Part shown: positions 9,470-20,492 of the stretch, one piece after another
Layout: each line of letters begins with the position of its first letter
How positions within the stretch are numbered: the first letter of the stretch is position 1
Assembly (NCBI GenBank): GCA_963765895.1
Contig: CAVXZB010000071.1
Span: 1 to 28,859, forward strand
Reading direction: 5' to 3'
Length of the DNA stretch: 28,859 nt
Origin: an uncultured Nitrososphaeraceae archaeon
Lineage (GTDB): Archaea > Thermoproteota > Nitrososphaeria > Nitrososphaerales > Nitrososphaeraceae
Notes under the pieces: generated by a model
What the model was told of the DNA's origin: nothing
What the model saw: only the letters and a program-made list of their open reading frames with translations
Database searches by the model: none
Program-made: the position numbers and the translations under genes

Positions 9470-9757
9470 CTAACTATTTTCACAGTTTGCTGTCTCTATA
9501 TCAACACCTGGCTGAAAGTCAGTAATTGTGTCAGTACCCGCACCACAATTGAGGTGATCTTTACCTGGACCTCCAGTAAGGATATCATTGCCAGTGCCTC
9601 CAGATATTTGGTTGTTGCCGGAATCGCCTTGTATTATATCATTTCCTGCATCCCCATTCAACATGTCATTTCCTTGACTTCTTGCGAGACGATAATCTTC
9701 GTTACCACCACTAATAATATGCTTTTTGTGTTTGCATAATATCAGTACTTTCTTCAA
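9470..9757 (-). CDS. RTX/hemolysin-type Ca-binding repeat protein (probably N-terminally truncated)
   Basis: GDAGNDII, GDSGNNQI, GGTGNDIL, GGPGKDHL nonapeptides and C-terminal CGAGTDTITDF...D....NCE. No clear signal peptide. Confidence 0.75.
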   Translation of the reverse strand: MKKVLILCKHKKHIISGGNEDYRLARSQGNDMLNGDAGNDIIQGDSGNNQISGGTGNDILTGGPGKDHLNCGAGTDTITDFQPGVDIETANCENS

Positions 9758-9827
9758 TGATTAATCCATGTTAGCAAAAATCTCAGGCTAGAAAGAATGC
9801 ATTGCCAGTGCCCCAGTTCAAAGCAAG

Positions 9828-10845
9828 TCATCTAGACTGTGCATGCATAATTATACGTCTAGATTTTCGTTTCGGTGCATGTCCGCCCATAAGGAACAAC
9901 TGATTCGAAGTCACTTTATGTTTTATAGACGTGGCTGGTACCCCAGCGACGATATCTTCATCTTCTATATTACCTATAACCGCTCCCTCCTGAACCCACG
10001 ATTACTTTATTTCCTATCCTTATTTTATGCTTTAAAGTCGAATTTTGTCCAAGCCAACATGTATCGCCTATAATTGTGCTCCCTCCAATGGTGACACCTG
10101 CCGAACAGGCACAGTTTTTTCCTATTTGTACATTCTGAGCTATATGGACTAGTGCATTTAACTTTGTACCGTTGCCTATAATAGTATCTGAGAGAGATCC
10201 ACGTGCGATTGAGCAATTCGAACTGATTTCAACATCATCTCCTATCTGAACTCCACCAATATGTGGAAACCTCTCAAGTTCAAGTGTTTCTGTGTGCCTC
10301 TCATATGCAAAGCCGTCAGCGCCAATCACTGTCCCTGGCTGGATAACACAATTCTTACCAATCCTAGTATTTTGCAAAATGTTAACTCTATCATGTATTG
10401 TTGTGTTATCCCCGATTCTGCAGTCGTCGCCAATGACACAAAATTCACCTATAGAACAGTTCTTACCTATCCTGGCTGCTTTGGGTATTATTGCAGTTCG
10501 TGAAACTTCACGTAATTCACCTTCTGCCCGTTTGTAGATCAACTTTATTATGTGTATTATAGTCAATCTCGGATTTTCCAAAAAAACTAGACATTGTTGA
10601 CGTTTTCGTTCTTGCCTCCGACCCAACCGTTGCATCAAACTTTTGTTGCAAAGAATAACACCTGCCCGAGAGTTTGAAATAGAGCTAATTGCGTCATCCC
10701 CCTCTGAGGAACAAAAGGAAAGATCATTAATGCAAGCTCTATTAATTGGAGCTACTGAGCTTACATTAATTGGTGCACGATTTCCCCATATTTCATATGA
10801 GCGTATACCAACCTCCTCGAGCAATGCCTGGATATTCCAAACCAA
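9828..10845 (-). pseudogene. lpxD: LpxD-like hexapeptide-repeat acyltransferase, C-terminal frameshift
   Basis: N-terminal LpxD domain (DLSFCS, ENPRL), left-handed beta-helix repeats, VIGADGFAY, FPHIGGVQIGDDVEI, IARGSLSDT.IG.GTK. Frameshift near 9987; true tail GAVIGNIEDEDIVAGVPATSIKHK...QSR* (TGA 9830-9828). Confidence 0.85.
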
Positions 10846-10863
10846 TTAACCTCGTTACATCAC

Positions 10864-10875
10864 TTTTATATATAA
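10864..10875 (-). promoter_or_regulatory. Putative archaeal TATA box of the LpxD-like gene
   Basis: Minus strand TTATATATAAAA about 19-30 nt upstream of TTG 10845, the spacing expected for a near-leaderless archaeal transcript. Confidence 0.5.
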
Positions 10876-11157
10876 GCATTAGCAGACTAAGTGCACTAAA
10901 TCTTTGAAATAACTATGTGCGTTTATATTTATAAAAACTTAGATATAAGGGGCATCGTTACAGAAAAGTAGTCGATTCCTGTCATACTCTTCAGTAGTAT
11001 CACTGATTCATTCCTTAACGCTTGACATCATATTTTTATTCAGTATTAATTTCAGTATTTAAAAACTCTATCAGCCTGATGTATTAGTGTAGTAAGATGT
11101 GATCGTTGTCACCGTCACCATCAACCATCTTGTTATGTGACCATCCAGGTCAAGTAC

Positions 11158-11928
11158 TCAGGAATAATAGTTCACACCTAGAATGCTTTTGGTCAAAACA
11201 AAATTACTATTCAAAGCAAAATAGGTTTGCAATGCGTCTTCTACTTGGTCATAAATGTCTGGGAGGTAGGAAGGGTGGTTTTTCCACCACCCCAAGACAT
11301 CATCTACTTTATTAAATTGAATCTTGTTGTACCATCTAACCGTACTAAATCTCTGATAACACTTCCCTATTTCTTCTATGCTTGATGCATGGATGAAATC
11401 ACCTGCAGATTTCATCTGTTTATGAGGATTGGGAATTACATGATTAACAATATTAAAAATTTCTTGATTATTCATTTTGCCATAACCGCAAATAAAGATG
11501 TGACCGTTAGGACTTAGCAGGGAACGTAAATTGCTTAGAACTCGTTTCATGTCTTTGGCATAATATATAGCGTAGCAGGATAAAATGAGATCAAATTTAG
11601 AATCATGCAACAAATTGATGCATTCGTCGAAAGATCCTTTTATAGCTCTGATTTGTTTTAGTTGGTTTGTCTTGGCCTTTTCGTTAACTTCAGTCACGGC
11701 CTCTTGTGATATATCAATACCCAAAATAGAACCACCTGGTGAAACTAGGTCTACAAAAGGGAAAGTATGTTTTCCTGTTCCACAACCGAGCTCTAAGACT
11801 CGCATCCCAGGATACGGTTTGCATTGCTTAATAACCCAGTCTTCAAATTTATAAAGTGTGCCCATGCTGTTGAGATAGCTCCGCCTCTTCAGCGTCTCAT
11901 AGTAGTGTATATCAATCCGTTCAACCAA
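11158..11928 (-). CDS. Class I SAM-dependent methyltransferase
   Basis: VLELGCGTG motif I, ILGIDIS motif II, FDLILSCYAIYY, LSPNGHIFI; intact 256 aa. Confidence 0.9.
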   Translation of the reverse strand: MVERIDIHYYETLKRRSYLNSMGTLYKFEDWVIKQCKPYPGMRVLELGCGTGKHTFPFVDLVSPGGSILGIDISQEAVTEVNEKAKTNQLKQIRAIKGSFDECINLLHDSKFDLILSCYAIYYAKDMKRVLSNLRSLLSPNGHIFICGYGKMNNQEIFNIVNHVIPNPHKQMKSAGDFIHASSIEEIGKCYQRFSTVRWYNKIQFNKVDDVLGWWKNHPSYLPDIYDQVEDALQTYFALNSNFVLTKSILGVNYYS

Positions 11929-12337
11929 GGTCGTTCAGTATCTTACTCCCAGCTTCAAATTGGTGGCTTATAATTTCGATTATAAAAAGGGTTTGGCAAT
12001 TTGTATAAAAAGTTTATTCAAGATGAAATTCAATAGTTAAAAAAGATCTCCAGCGCAATTTAACTGTTCTTAATAGGAATATGATGAAACGGATCTAAAA
12101 TTATCTCTAGTTAATGGGATCTGGACATTATCAGGTTAACAGGTATTTTCATGCTTTGTTATCTTTGAACAAAATCAGTTATATAACTGAAGGTAGTTTG
12201 ACCCTCCAAGTCTTACTAGCTGGTAAGCCATATTGTAGACTAGGGACTTGCTTTTTCAAATTAGATACCTTTTAGTAAACTCTACATATATACAAACAAA
12301 AAGAAAACTAATTGTGTAACGACATAGAAGTCGTATG

Positions 12338-12591
12338 CTATTCAAAGTCAAATAAATCTAGCAGAAATCTTCTGCTCCACTTCCTACTAACATAATCATC
12401 AGCAGCATAGTCTTCCTTTTCGTTCCGATATTTCTGATAATGTTCAAATTCATATTGACTTTGTACCTTGTCGATTTTGTTTATCTCATCCCTGTCTAAC
12501 CATACTCCCTTGCATAATGGACAATATAGGAGGTCTACTCCGTATTTTTTTATACTTCTCGCATTCCATTAGAACAATTTGGACATTGCAA
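12338..12591 (-). pseudogene. zf-TFIIB-type Zn-finger protein, disrupted (not in ORF track)
   Basis: Assembled across frames: LQCPNCSNGMREV*/KYGVDLLYCPLCK/GVWLDRDEI/NKIDKVQSQYEFEHYQKYRNEKEDYAADDYVSRKWSRRFLLDLFDFE*. CP.C...GV....CP.C.GVWLD..E and terminal FL.DLFDF are typical of this family. Confidence 0.8.
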
Positions 12592-12899
12592 GGTTAATAT
12601 ATACACTTACTCTTGTTCAGGCTAAATACATTTCCTAATAATCCTAATCTCATGACTGGCAAAAGAGTAGTCACATTCCTAACACAAAAGACAGATGAAT
12701 TAGCCGATACTACTATTTCAAAAACTACTGATTACTACATATTATTGCTACATTAACCTAATATTCCTCGCGCTAACTGGCTGATCCTGGCATCAAGAAC
12801 ATAATCTATATTCTTAAAAAGGGATCATGTATATATTGTTAGAGGTATACCTATCTAAATGATACTCGAGATAATATTGTTTCCTTTTAGATGTGTTAA

Positions 12900-13496
12900 A
12901 TGAGTCCACAGGTTTTCAATTTTTGTACCTACAGAAATTTTATTAGTTATTATTATCGTTTGTTACTCTCTGCTTTTAGTTAGAAAACTTATTTTGATTA
13001 TGAGTGGATATAATCACGTATATTTAAATAGCGTTCCTCTAATTTATGCTCAGATAATTCCAAGAGTTACATCTAATAACAGTACAACCATTAACTCGGA
13101 ACCAGATACCACGACTACTCATACTTCTTCTATTATAGAGGGCAGCAATGCGCTCTTAAGTTCGAAATTGCCAATGATAAAAAAGGCAGTCATAAGTCAA
13201 ATATGTGTGCAATGGGCGTTATACAAAAAGCTGATGCAAACAATGCGGCAACAATTTTAAATGCAGTGATTACAAATGAAATAGATAATTCAACATCTCG
13301 ATCAAGCAGCCTTGAAACGACCAAATCTTTAACTGCTGCCCAAATTGCTAATGCCATCCATAAAATAACGCCTATAATTAATAGTAACAATGGCGAAGGT
13401 ATAGCTATGAGAAAGATTGTTATTGATGATAGAGCAAGATCTCCACTTCTGCTGATGTTACTCCCCAGCATTGCAATCTTACTTATTCATGAATAA
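12900..13496 (+). pseudogene. Secreted hypothetical protein, frameshifted
   Basis: The frame of ORF 12994-13260 extends upstream as a hydrophobic stretch (EILLVIIIVCYSLLLV) ending PLIYAQ, followed by a T/S/N-rich linker. It continues in ORF 13203-13496 after a shift at the TGTGTG near 13204. Ends are approximate. Confidence 0.5.
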
Positions 13497-13603
13497 AACC
13501 TGAATTTTAAAATCCTTGTTTGAGTAGTAATGTGCTGTCTTAATTGTCTACACTTTCATTCCTTCCATCATATATATAATATTTTCAGGTAACCCTTTCT
13601 AAC

Positions 13604-13798
13604 ATGCCATTTGTGTCGTATCCATTCTCCACTCAAGCTGCACAAACGCAGGTAGCACAAGCAACAACAAACCATTCACAAGGGCCTAAAAAGGATGTTA
13701 TCCAAGAGCTTAAGAAATTGGCTACCCTCAAACAACAAGGTATACTATCAGAAGAAGAGTTTCAACGACTGAAAACACAAATACTTTCCAGCAGTTAA
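13604..13798 (+). CDS. Small SHOCT-domain protein
   Basis: C-terminal DVIQELKKLATLKQQGILSEEEFQRLKTQIL is the SHOCT pattern. TATATATA at 13571-13578 upstream. Confidence 0.8.
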   Translation: MPFVSYPFSTQAAQTQVAQATTNHSQGPKKDVIQELKKLATLKQQGILSEEEFQRLKTQILSSS

Positions 13799-14399
13799 GC
13801 GTATGACTCATAGGCTTTAACTCTTACGTCTAATATCCACTGGCCAGAGCTGAGCAGCCTATTTATTTATTCAATAACCCGGGTTCTTTCATCTGTCCTT
13901 ACATTATCCAGCTTGGCAAATTATTTACTGTCATTCAGTTCCAGACATGAACTTTCTGGGTTTCTAGTTAATATGAACTAATAAAGAGATCTTACTAATA
14001 TCGGAAAAAGGTAGAAAAGACCTCCCTATAATTTAACAGATCACAAGATCGCTTAAATATTTGCAGCACCGTATCTGCACTTTGGTGTTAGGTAGTATAG
14101 TTGCTGGATTAGCTGTGCTTATATGAAATCCAATTGTGCATGATGCTATCATCCCAGATTTGTTGCGCTTAATCATAAATACAAGTTCAAACTACAAACT
14201 ACAAACTACTAAAGGTGTCAACTAAAGAATCACGTCCAAATTTACGACGCCTGAAGACTTGCTCGATTCACAAGTAATAGAATTTTTAGTGACACCAATA
14301 AAGGAAATATCGACCTTCTAATTACACTTTATTAAAAAGATGCGTGTTTTGTCGGTCAGCCCGAACAAGTTGTCAATTCCAATTAGAAAGTTAATTTCA

Positions 14400-15857
14400 T
14401 TAAGATATCTCTGGCAAAAGCAAAGGGTATAGGAAGATTGTAAATACTGAAATCATAATAATTGCAATAATGGTGAGTACAATTCCATTCTTGATCATCT
14501 CTTTGATCTGTATCTCGCCTTGTTCATAAACTAGTGCATTAGGAGGAGTACCCATTGGTAGGAGGAACGCGAGGGAACTAGATAATGTAATCCCAGCAAG
14601 AAACGGTAATGGAGGCCAATGATTCAATGCAGCCATGCTTGCAACAACGGGTATGAATATAGCTGCCGTTGCTGTATTTGACATTGTATTACCTATAATC
14701 ATTGTAATAGAAACAATAAGAATTACTACTACTGGGAAGGGCAGAATACTTAATGCTGATAATTTGGTCCCCAGATAGTCAGCAAGGCCCGATGTTGTAA
14801 ACGCCAATGACAGAGAAAGTCCTGCACCTAGGATAAATAAAACACCAAGCGGGACTCTTTGCACATCCGACCAGTTCAGAAATTTTTCAGTTCTGTTTTT
14901 TGGTATCACAAATAATGATACACCACCAAAAATTGCAATAACTGCAGTTTCAAGATATGAATTATCACCAGCCCAATATGGAGCTGTGAACATCAAGATT
15001 AAAACTAATAGCAAAATGATTAATGAAGTCTTCTGCTCCCTTGTCATTTTTCCTAACTTTTCTTTTTCAATGACAATTATCTTCCTGATGAGCGTTTCAT
15101 CCATTTGCTCCTTTCTTACTTTACCTGTGAAATATATTATAGATATCATCAACATTGTAATTGCCAGTGGAGCAGCTACTGAAGACCAGGCACCGAATGT
15201 AATAGTTTTGCCGAATAGCTCGTTTACTATTTCTGCATACATTAGATTAGGAGGAGATGCAATGAGGGTTGTAATACTCCCAATTGAAGCGGAGAATGCA
15301 ACCCCTAGTAAAAGCGTGACTTTGAACTTTCTACTAAATTTAATACCGTTATCAGATAGCAAAGATAAAATGGCGAAAACCATTGGAATAATCAAAATAG
15401 CCACCGTAGTACTCATAATAACCGTGGAAATTAAAGCCGTACAGATCATAAAACCCAGAATTATTCTCTTGGGTGAATATCCGAAAATGCTAATGATCCC
15501 AAATGCAATTTTTCGTTGTAAACCGGATTTTTCAACTGCAAAAACGACCAGAAACATCCCCAATAGAAGAATAATTATTGGGCTCATGTATTCTGCTCCT
15601 ACCGCTCGTAGTGATAAGACTCCTGTTATAGGAAACAGAGCCAGAGGTAATAGAGCAGTTGCATAAATACTAACAGCTTCAGTGACCCACCACACGACAA
15701 GCCAAAGTGTTATACCAGCTACTAGTTTACCTCGATCTGGTAAACCCTCTGGGGCAGGACTAACAAGAAGGATGAAGAACAAAACTGGACCTAAAATGAG
15801 TCCAATTAACTTAGTTTTGCTTACTTGCGTAGATCGGGAGGAACGGCTGTTCTGCAT
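14400..15857 (-). CDS. DASS/SLC13 family sodium-coupled di/tricarboxylate or sulfate symporter
   Basis: Intact 485 aa multi-TM protein with WWVTEAV, SIGSITTLIASPPN, MSNTATA, AFLLPMGTPPNA. Confidence 0.93.
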   Translation of the reverse strand: MQNSRSSRSTQVSKTKLIGLILGPVLFFILLVSPAPEGLPDRGKLVAGITLWLVVWWVTEAVSIYATALLPLALFPITGVLSLRAVGAEYMSPIIILLLGMFLVVFAVEKSGLQRKIAFGIISIFGYSPKRIILGFMICTALISTVIMSTTVAILIIPMVFAILSLLSDNGIKFSRKFKVTLLLGVAFSASIGSITTLIASPPNLMYAEIVNELFGKTITFGAWSSVAAPLAITMLMISIIYFTGKVRKEQMDETLIRKIIVIEKEKLGKMTREQKTSLIILLLVLILMFTAPYWAGDNSYLETAVIAIFGGVSLFVIPKNRTEKFLNWSDVQRVPLGVLFILGAGLSLSLAFTTSGLADYLGTKLSALSILPFPVVVILIVSITMIIGNTMSNTATAAIFIPVVASMAALNHWPPLPFLAGITLSSSLAFLLPMGTPPNALVYEQGEIQIKEMIKNGIVLTIIAIIMISVFTIFLYPLLLPEIS

Positions 15858-16084
15858 TCATGCTAGCATTATTTGACAGTAATATATAAGTAAATAATGC
15901 ATATCAGAAATAAACAATATGGCAAAGACCAAACTGACTCGCTTAATAGCTGGAGTTAGTATAAGGAACTGGTCAACAAAGCAATGGCTAGACCAAAGAG
16001 GATTGACAGATCGAGTATAGCCCTGACGGCGATAAGGGTTCAACCTAGTATCTTGGCAATTGTTAAACCAGCTAAAGGCAAAGC

Positions 16085-16474
16085 ATGGATTTACATTGCG
16101 ACGGATATGTTAAGCACAACCAAACAGATTGTAGAACATACAGAAATAATGGGACATTAACTTATGCAATAGGTACTCCATAAAGGAGAGAAGTCAAAAT
16201 ACATTGGATCGGACCTACCTTCATAATGATTCTGTAATCTGAGAAATTTAAAGAGTACGTTAATTCACAAACAGATTATAATAAGATGAAAGGCTCTATA
16301 GATCTATATCTGTAATTGCCTATCATAGCATAGATAACTCAAAAGGGCCCTTCTAGCACCGATGTTGGATTGTTTAGGTCAGAAATGAAATATTTGCATG
16401 ATAATGGATTTAAGGTAGTACCAATTTCTAATTTAATATACGATCAAAATACCAATCATAATTCGATAAAATAA
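16085..16474 (+). pseudogene. C-terminal relic of a polysaccharide deacetylase, paralog of 20493-21591 (not in ORF track)
   Basis: Across frames: MDLHCDGYVKHNQTDCRTYRNNGTLTYA/NRYSIKERSQNTLDRTYLHNDSVI/EKFKEYVNSQTDYNKMKGSID/ISVIAYHSIDNSKG/SSTDVGLFRSEMKYLHDNGFKVVPISNLIYDQNTNHNSIK*. Matches QTDCRT, NRYSI, VNSQ, IAYH and EMKYLHDNGFKV of the longer copy. Confidence 0.88.
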
Positions 16475-16628
16475 GTAGTTAAATTAATAAAGTAATTGAA
16501 CAAATGAGTCAAGTTTTTAATGCATCACAAATGGAAATGTGTCACATTTCTAAATTGAAGAAACTTAGCGGGCATGTTAAAATAGATTAAAATGTACCAC
16601 TAACTTCAATTTCGGAGGAGACGTTAGC

Positions 16629-18094
16629 TTATCTTGGGTGCTCCGAGTCCCACACTTGCAGTATGTTAGTTTCCTGCTCTAGTGTCTCTTCATAACCTTC
16701 TCGTATTAGCTCTTTTATTGTATTGCTTGAGAAATCAAAAGTTTTATTTGCTATTGTATGTGCGTCGTTCTTGCGTTCTATTCTAATTACCTGCTCGACA
16801 GAAACCATATGTTTGACCAGATCCGTGTATTTCAAATGCTTCCCAGAGCTAAAATTTCTCGTATCGGCTTGCTGCTCTAGGATGTTATCTACTAAAGCCT
16901 TTTTAACCTTATTATCTTCGGCTAGCTTAATGAGGCTATTAACAATGTTAACGTAATCGGTGATCATTATTGCCATCCTTTCATCAAACAAAGTCCTATC
17001 ATGATATGTCAAGTCATTTTTTCTGTCTACAAGTGCGTCATAATCAGCAGGTAAAGAATCCTGCTTAATTGGATGTACATTAACTATGAAAACACGTAGA
17101 GGAGGAACTTCAGATTTTCTAACGTAATCCCAATACTTGCGGTGTTCAATTACGGCCTCCCTAAGTGGAGTATTTGCGATAATACCACCATCCCAAAAAT
17201 AGCGAATTTTCTTAGTAATCAGGCTATTTACATCTTCTTTCTGTTTTTCATTTTCCCTATTGGTCCCATATCTATCTTGTCTATAATTGGAATCTTCGAC
17301 TCCTAATTTAGTATAATCGTAATTAACAGGTACTGAACCACTTGCAAGAACAAAGTCAACTTCTATCCCGTCATTATGACTAATTACATGCTCATATCCC
17401 TCGTGGTCATTAGGTCCCCTTGCAAATTCAGGACCGTAACGACCATATTCAGTTTTCCGAGTACCATCCTCCTTTTCGTAACTATCAAATACCACAGTGC
17501 TTCCTTCCTGTACGTCGACGCTCACCAAAAGTAGCCGGGTTCATTATTTTGGTAACTAGTTGCTATTGGAAACTTTGCAAATTTCTCAAGACTCCTTTTT
17601 AATGGTTCGTTGCTATAAAGATACCATGTATTAACAGGATCTAAAAACCTCCTATCCTCCAATGCTTTAGTAAGGCTAAATACATTGGGTACCCCTTTAA
17701 GCATGAACTGCTTTGTGCCATAATATCTTCTCGCCGATTCGCTTGACGCCAAATCCTTGTTAAAATAGTGCCAATAATTCCACCATTCATTAAAACCTGG
17801 AATTACATCCATGAAGGATTCGGTCGCCATATACTCCCAAAATTCAATCAGTCGATCCGCAGATCCTTGCCAGCTCTTGTTTTCTTTTACATAACTGACT
17901 AGCACAGCTGCATTCATTGCACCTATGGAGGTACCCGCTACAATATGAAACAACGGTTTTCCTACCCTACCCAGTTTTACGTCTCTTTCAGAAAGCAATT
18001 CATAAGTAGCCTTGTAGACGCCAGCCTCATAAGCTCCTAGAGATCCACCACCTTGGAATACTAATGCCCTTTGAAAGCGACTTGTCGTATTCAA
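16629..18094 (-). pseudogene. Patatin-like phospholipase (DUF3734-type C-terminus), one frameshift
   Basis: QGGGSLGAYEAG, GTSIG nucleophile, ASGSVP, WDGGIIANTPL, KTFDFS..TI..LI.EGY. Single-base shift near 17537 (EP/RLLLVSVDV). Confidence 0.92.
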
Positions 18095-18285
18095 TCTTTC
18101 AATATTGTAATAAGAAAATGGATCCTTTTAAGACTTTCAAATTATTTTCTAGTTACTCGAATCTAGCATCTAGAAAATATATCCTGATTGGGAGATACCA
18201 TTATGAAGTACCATTGCCTTTATTCGTTTATCTTCATCTATAGATAAACGATAGATGATTCTCAATATGATCAGAACTATGTTAA

Positions 18286-19471
18286 TTGCCTATTATTGAC
18301 TCCAGTTTAGATGATATTTTTCGGGAACGTTTAAAGTATTTAGCGACAGCACGATACTTCGAGATTGTCCTTAATAAAGAGAAGATAGGCAGGTCTATCC
18401 GTTATTTCACTGGTGATATAGTCCGGCATATAAAGAAAAAATACATTATAAATAATGATGTGCTGGGTGGGCCATGTAGAAATCATCACAAAAATGACAA
18501 TATTCATTAGCCTGTGCATGTTATAGGCTATGCATCTGAATGATAGTTCCCTGTTCTGTGTTTTTACTAGCCTTGAAGAAATATATTCTCCAAATAGTCG
18601 TTTTATGACAGACATTATGGTCTCATCCTTGTTTCGTTGATTGTACAATAGTTCGTTATATCCACGTTTCATCTGCTTTCTATATCTGCCATGTGTTCTC
18701 CATATCGGTACATGTTCATATCGAGCTGGAATAACACTGAATGCATGCAAGGTTTCTCTTACCAACTGATGATTATCTTCATTATCATATCCCTTATCAG
18801 CTGTAACTACGGATAATGGTAGAATTTCAGCTATTCTTGTTATGATTGGCTTGAAATCTACATTATCATGTCTTGTAGGAGCTCGTCTTATCCTTATGTT
18901 TCAGATAATCTGTTGTAGTACGTCAGCTCCAATAGATAATTTCGCATATTTTCTTCTTGCTTCTATTCGTTCATCATAATACTGTGAAGCATGAGTTATT
19001 TTAAATCCTGTTGAATCTATTCCTACAAAGATATGCTTCGTACAGCTAATTACAATGAATGACGAAATTATCTTCTCAAGCAGTGAATTGCTAATTCTGT
19101 CTGTCTGTAAACTTTTGCAATGTTGTAAAATGAGGAATACGTGACAATCGTAGGTACGATCTAAGGTAATATGCCTCGACTAACCACTCGACAAACATCC
19201 TATAACTCTTACCTTCGTACTGTCTTATTGTAAGTAATACTAAATGCTGCCATATCATAAATACATGATTGCTCTTTCTGTGAAGAAACAATGGTATCCT
19301 TGAATTTCTCAAGACACGGTACATAGTATTAGCCAGCCTAACATATCTTGATTCTTTCAACATCCATATTGGATCATACGTCTAGAAAGCTCTAACGGTA
19401 TTCAGAACATGGTTTCTACAGAGCCGCTGGGTGGTGTATTAATAAATAAACAAACAAAAAACAATAATTGA
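18286..19471 (+). pseudogene. Hypothetical ORF interrupted by IS5 copy A
   Basis: Removing the IS and one TSD joins MPIIDSS...NNDVLG to GVLINKQTKNNN* (TGA 19469-19471) in frame. No family recognised. Confidence 0.35.
18470..19425 (-). mobile_element. IS5-family element (ISH1-like), copy A, 956 bp, defective transposase
   Basis: Terminal IRs GGCCATGTAGAAA (18470) and TTTCTACAGAGCC (ends 19425); 8-bp TSD GCTGGGTG at 18462-18469 and 19426-19433. Transposase from ATG 19363 is broken near 19098 and 18900. Confidence 0.93.
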
Positions 19472-19592
19472 CTATTGTGATAGGACAAGACCCAGTAGTT
19501 GAAGACTCACATTCTAGAATTTAACTTTGGGGCCCCATTAAGTAATTCCAGATCATACGGTCTATCATCTTCCTCATCAGGTCTTTACGATT

Positions 19593-19727
19593 ATGCTGGT
19601 TAATTCTATATCCTTTCGTGCTACGAGGGCAAATTGTAAAAACATAATCCTGATAGCTGGTATTTCCGCAGCATTCATAATAGCAATCCTGGCTGTTGTA
19701 TTTCTAGTCCCGGGTAGCCGGAAATAA
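19593..19727 (+). CDS. Possible 44-aa single-TM peptide
   Basis: MLVNSISFRATRANCKNIILIAGISAAFIIAILAVVFLVPGSRK*; only hydrophobicity supports it. Confidence 0.3.
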   Translation: MLVNSISFRATRANCKNIILIAGISAAFIIAILAVVFLVPGSRK

Positions 19728-19800
19728 ATTTCAGAAAATTAGAAATCCTAACCTGTAGTTTTATATCAAATTGATAAATAGTTAATGTCTCCTACTTTAT

Positions 19801-20037
19801 GTGAGTAAATATGCAATCTTCATCATAGCAATAATTGTCAATATTGTAACTGCTATCCTGGTTACGTCAGTGGCAGCAATATCTATTGTATATGCTCCGA
19901 ATACAACTACGATACAACACACAAACTACAGCAACACAACTTTAATATCGCCGATAAAACGACTAAATGCAAATATTATTATCGACGCTATAAACACCAA
20001 AATTAGATCAGTCTATAATAGCGATAAAGTTCGATAA
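19801..20037 (+). CDS. Secreted hypothetical protein (possibly truncated)
   Basis: Signal-like N-terminus ending SIVYA, followed by an N/T-rich segment. Confidence 0.5.
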   Translation: MSKYAIFIIAIIVNIVTAILVTSVAAISIVYAPNTTTIQHTNYSNTTLISPIKRLNANIIIDAINTKIRSVYNSDKVR

Positions 20038-20492
20038 TAAGTAACATTCGCCATTGAAGAGCATTCTGCTACACGAAACCTCTTCTCTTGTACTCTGACG
20101 AAGACTAGAGTCTAACATGCTAAATAATCCAGAAGATACAAACGATAACTCAAAACAATGATAAATATCAGGATTCATAATAAAGTCAGAGTATGTTATA
20201 CTGTTCTTGAAGGATTTGTTTATTATTATTGCATTAGCCGCAGGTAATTTCATGGCACCATTACCTTCTACTGGGCTTGAGCAGACAATAACGATCCTGC
20301 TCTTGAATTGATTATCACTAGGCTTTCGTTCCATATGTGTCATAATCACACGGACAGCATAAGATCTTATTACGAATCATTAACAAAAAGAAATGAAGAA
20401 AAATTATTAAACAGCATTGATTTTATTTCAATATTCTGATTAGTTACTAACAGATATACCCTGCCTAGATTTGCTACAATATAATATTACTA

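Noticed and set aside
13868-13930. Minus-strand KLDNVRTDERTRVIE* resembling an Lrp/AsnC C-terminus
   Set aside because: Too short, preceded by stops, and the similarity is weak.
14188-14208. (CAAACTA)x3 microsatellite as a phase-variation switch
   Set aside because: Only three units, intergenic, and no linked promoter or ORF.
14986-15666. 226-aa plus-strand ORF (likewise 23009-23578, 23582-23947, 634-906, 744-995, 7537-7932)
   Set aside because: Antisense shadows of well-supported genes.
15919-16160. Plus-strand protein-like fragment (KELVNKAMARPKRIDRSSIALTAIRVQPSILAIVKPAKGKAW)
   Set aside because: No family recognised, and its 3' part overlaps the deacetylase relic in another frame.
20008-20349. 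113-aa minus ORF (also 21603-21941, 27162-27383, 27898-28113)
   Set aside because: No motifs or homology visible; cannot be separated from chance ORFs or decayed fragments.
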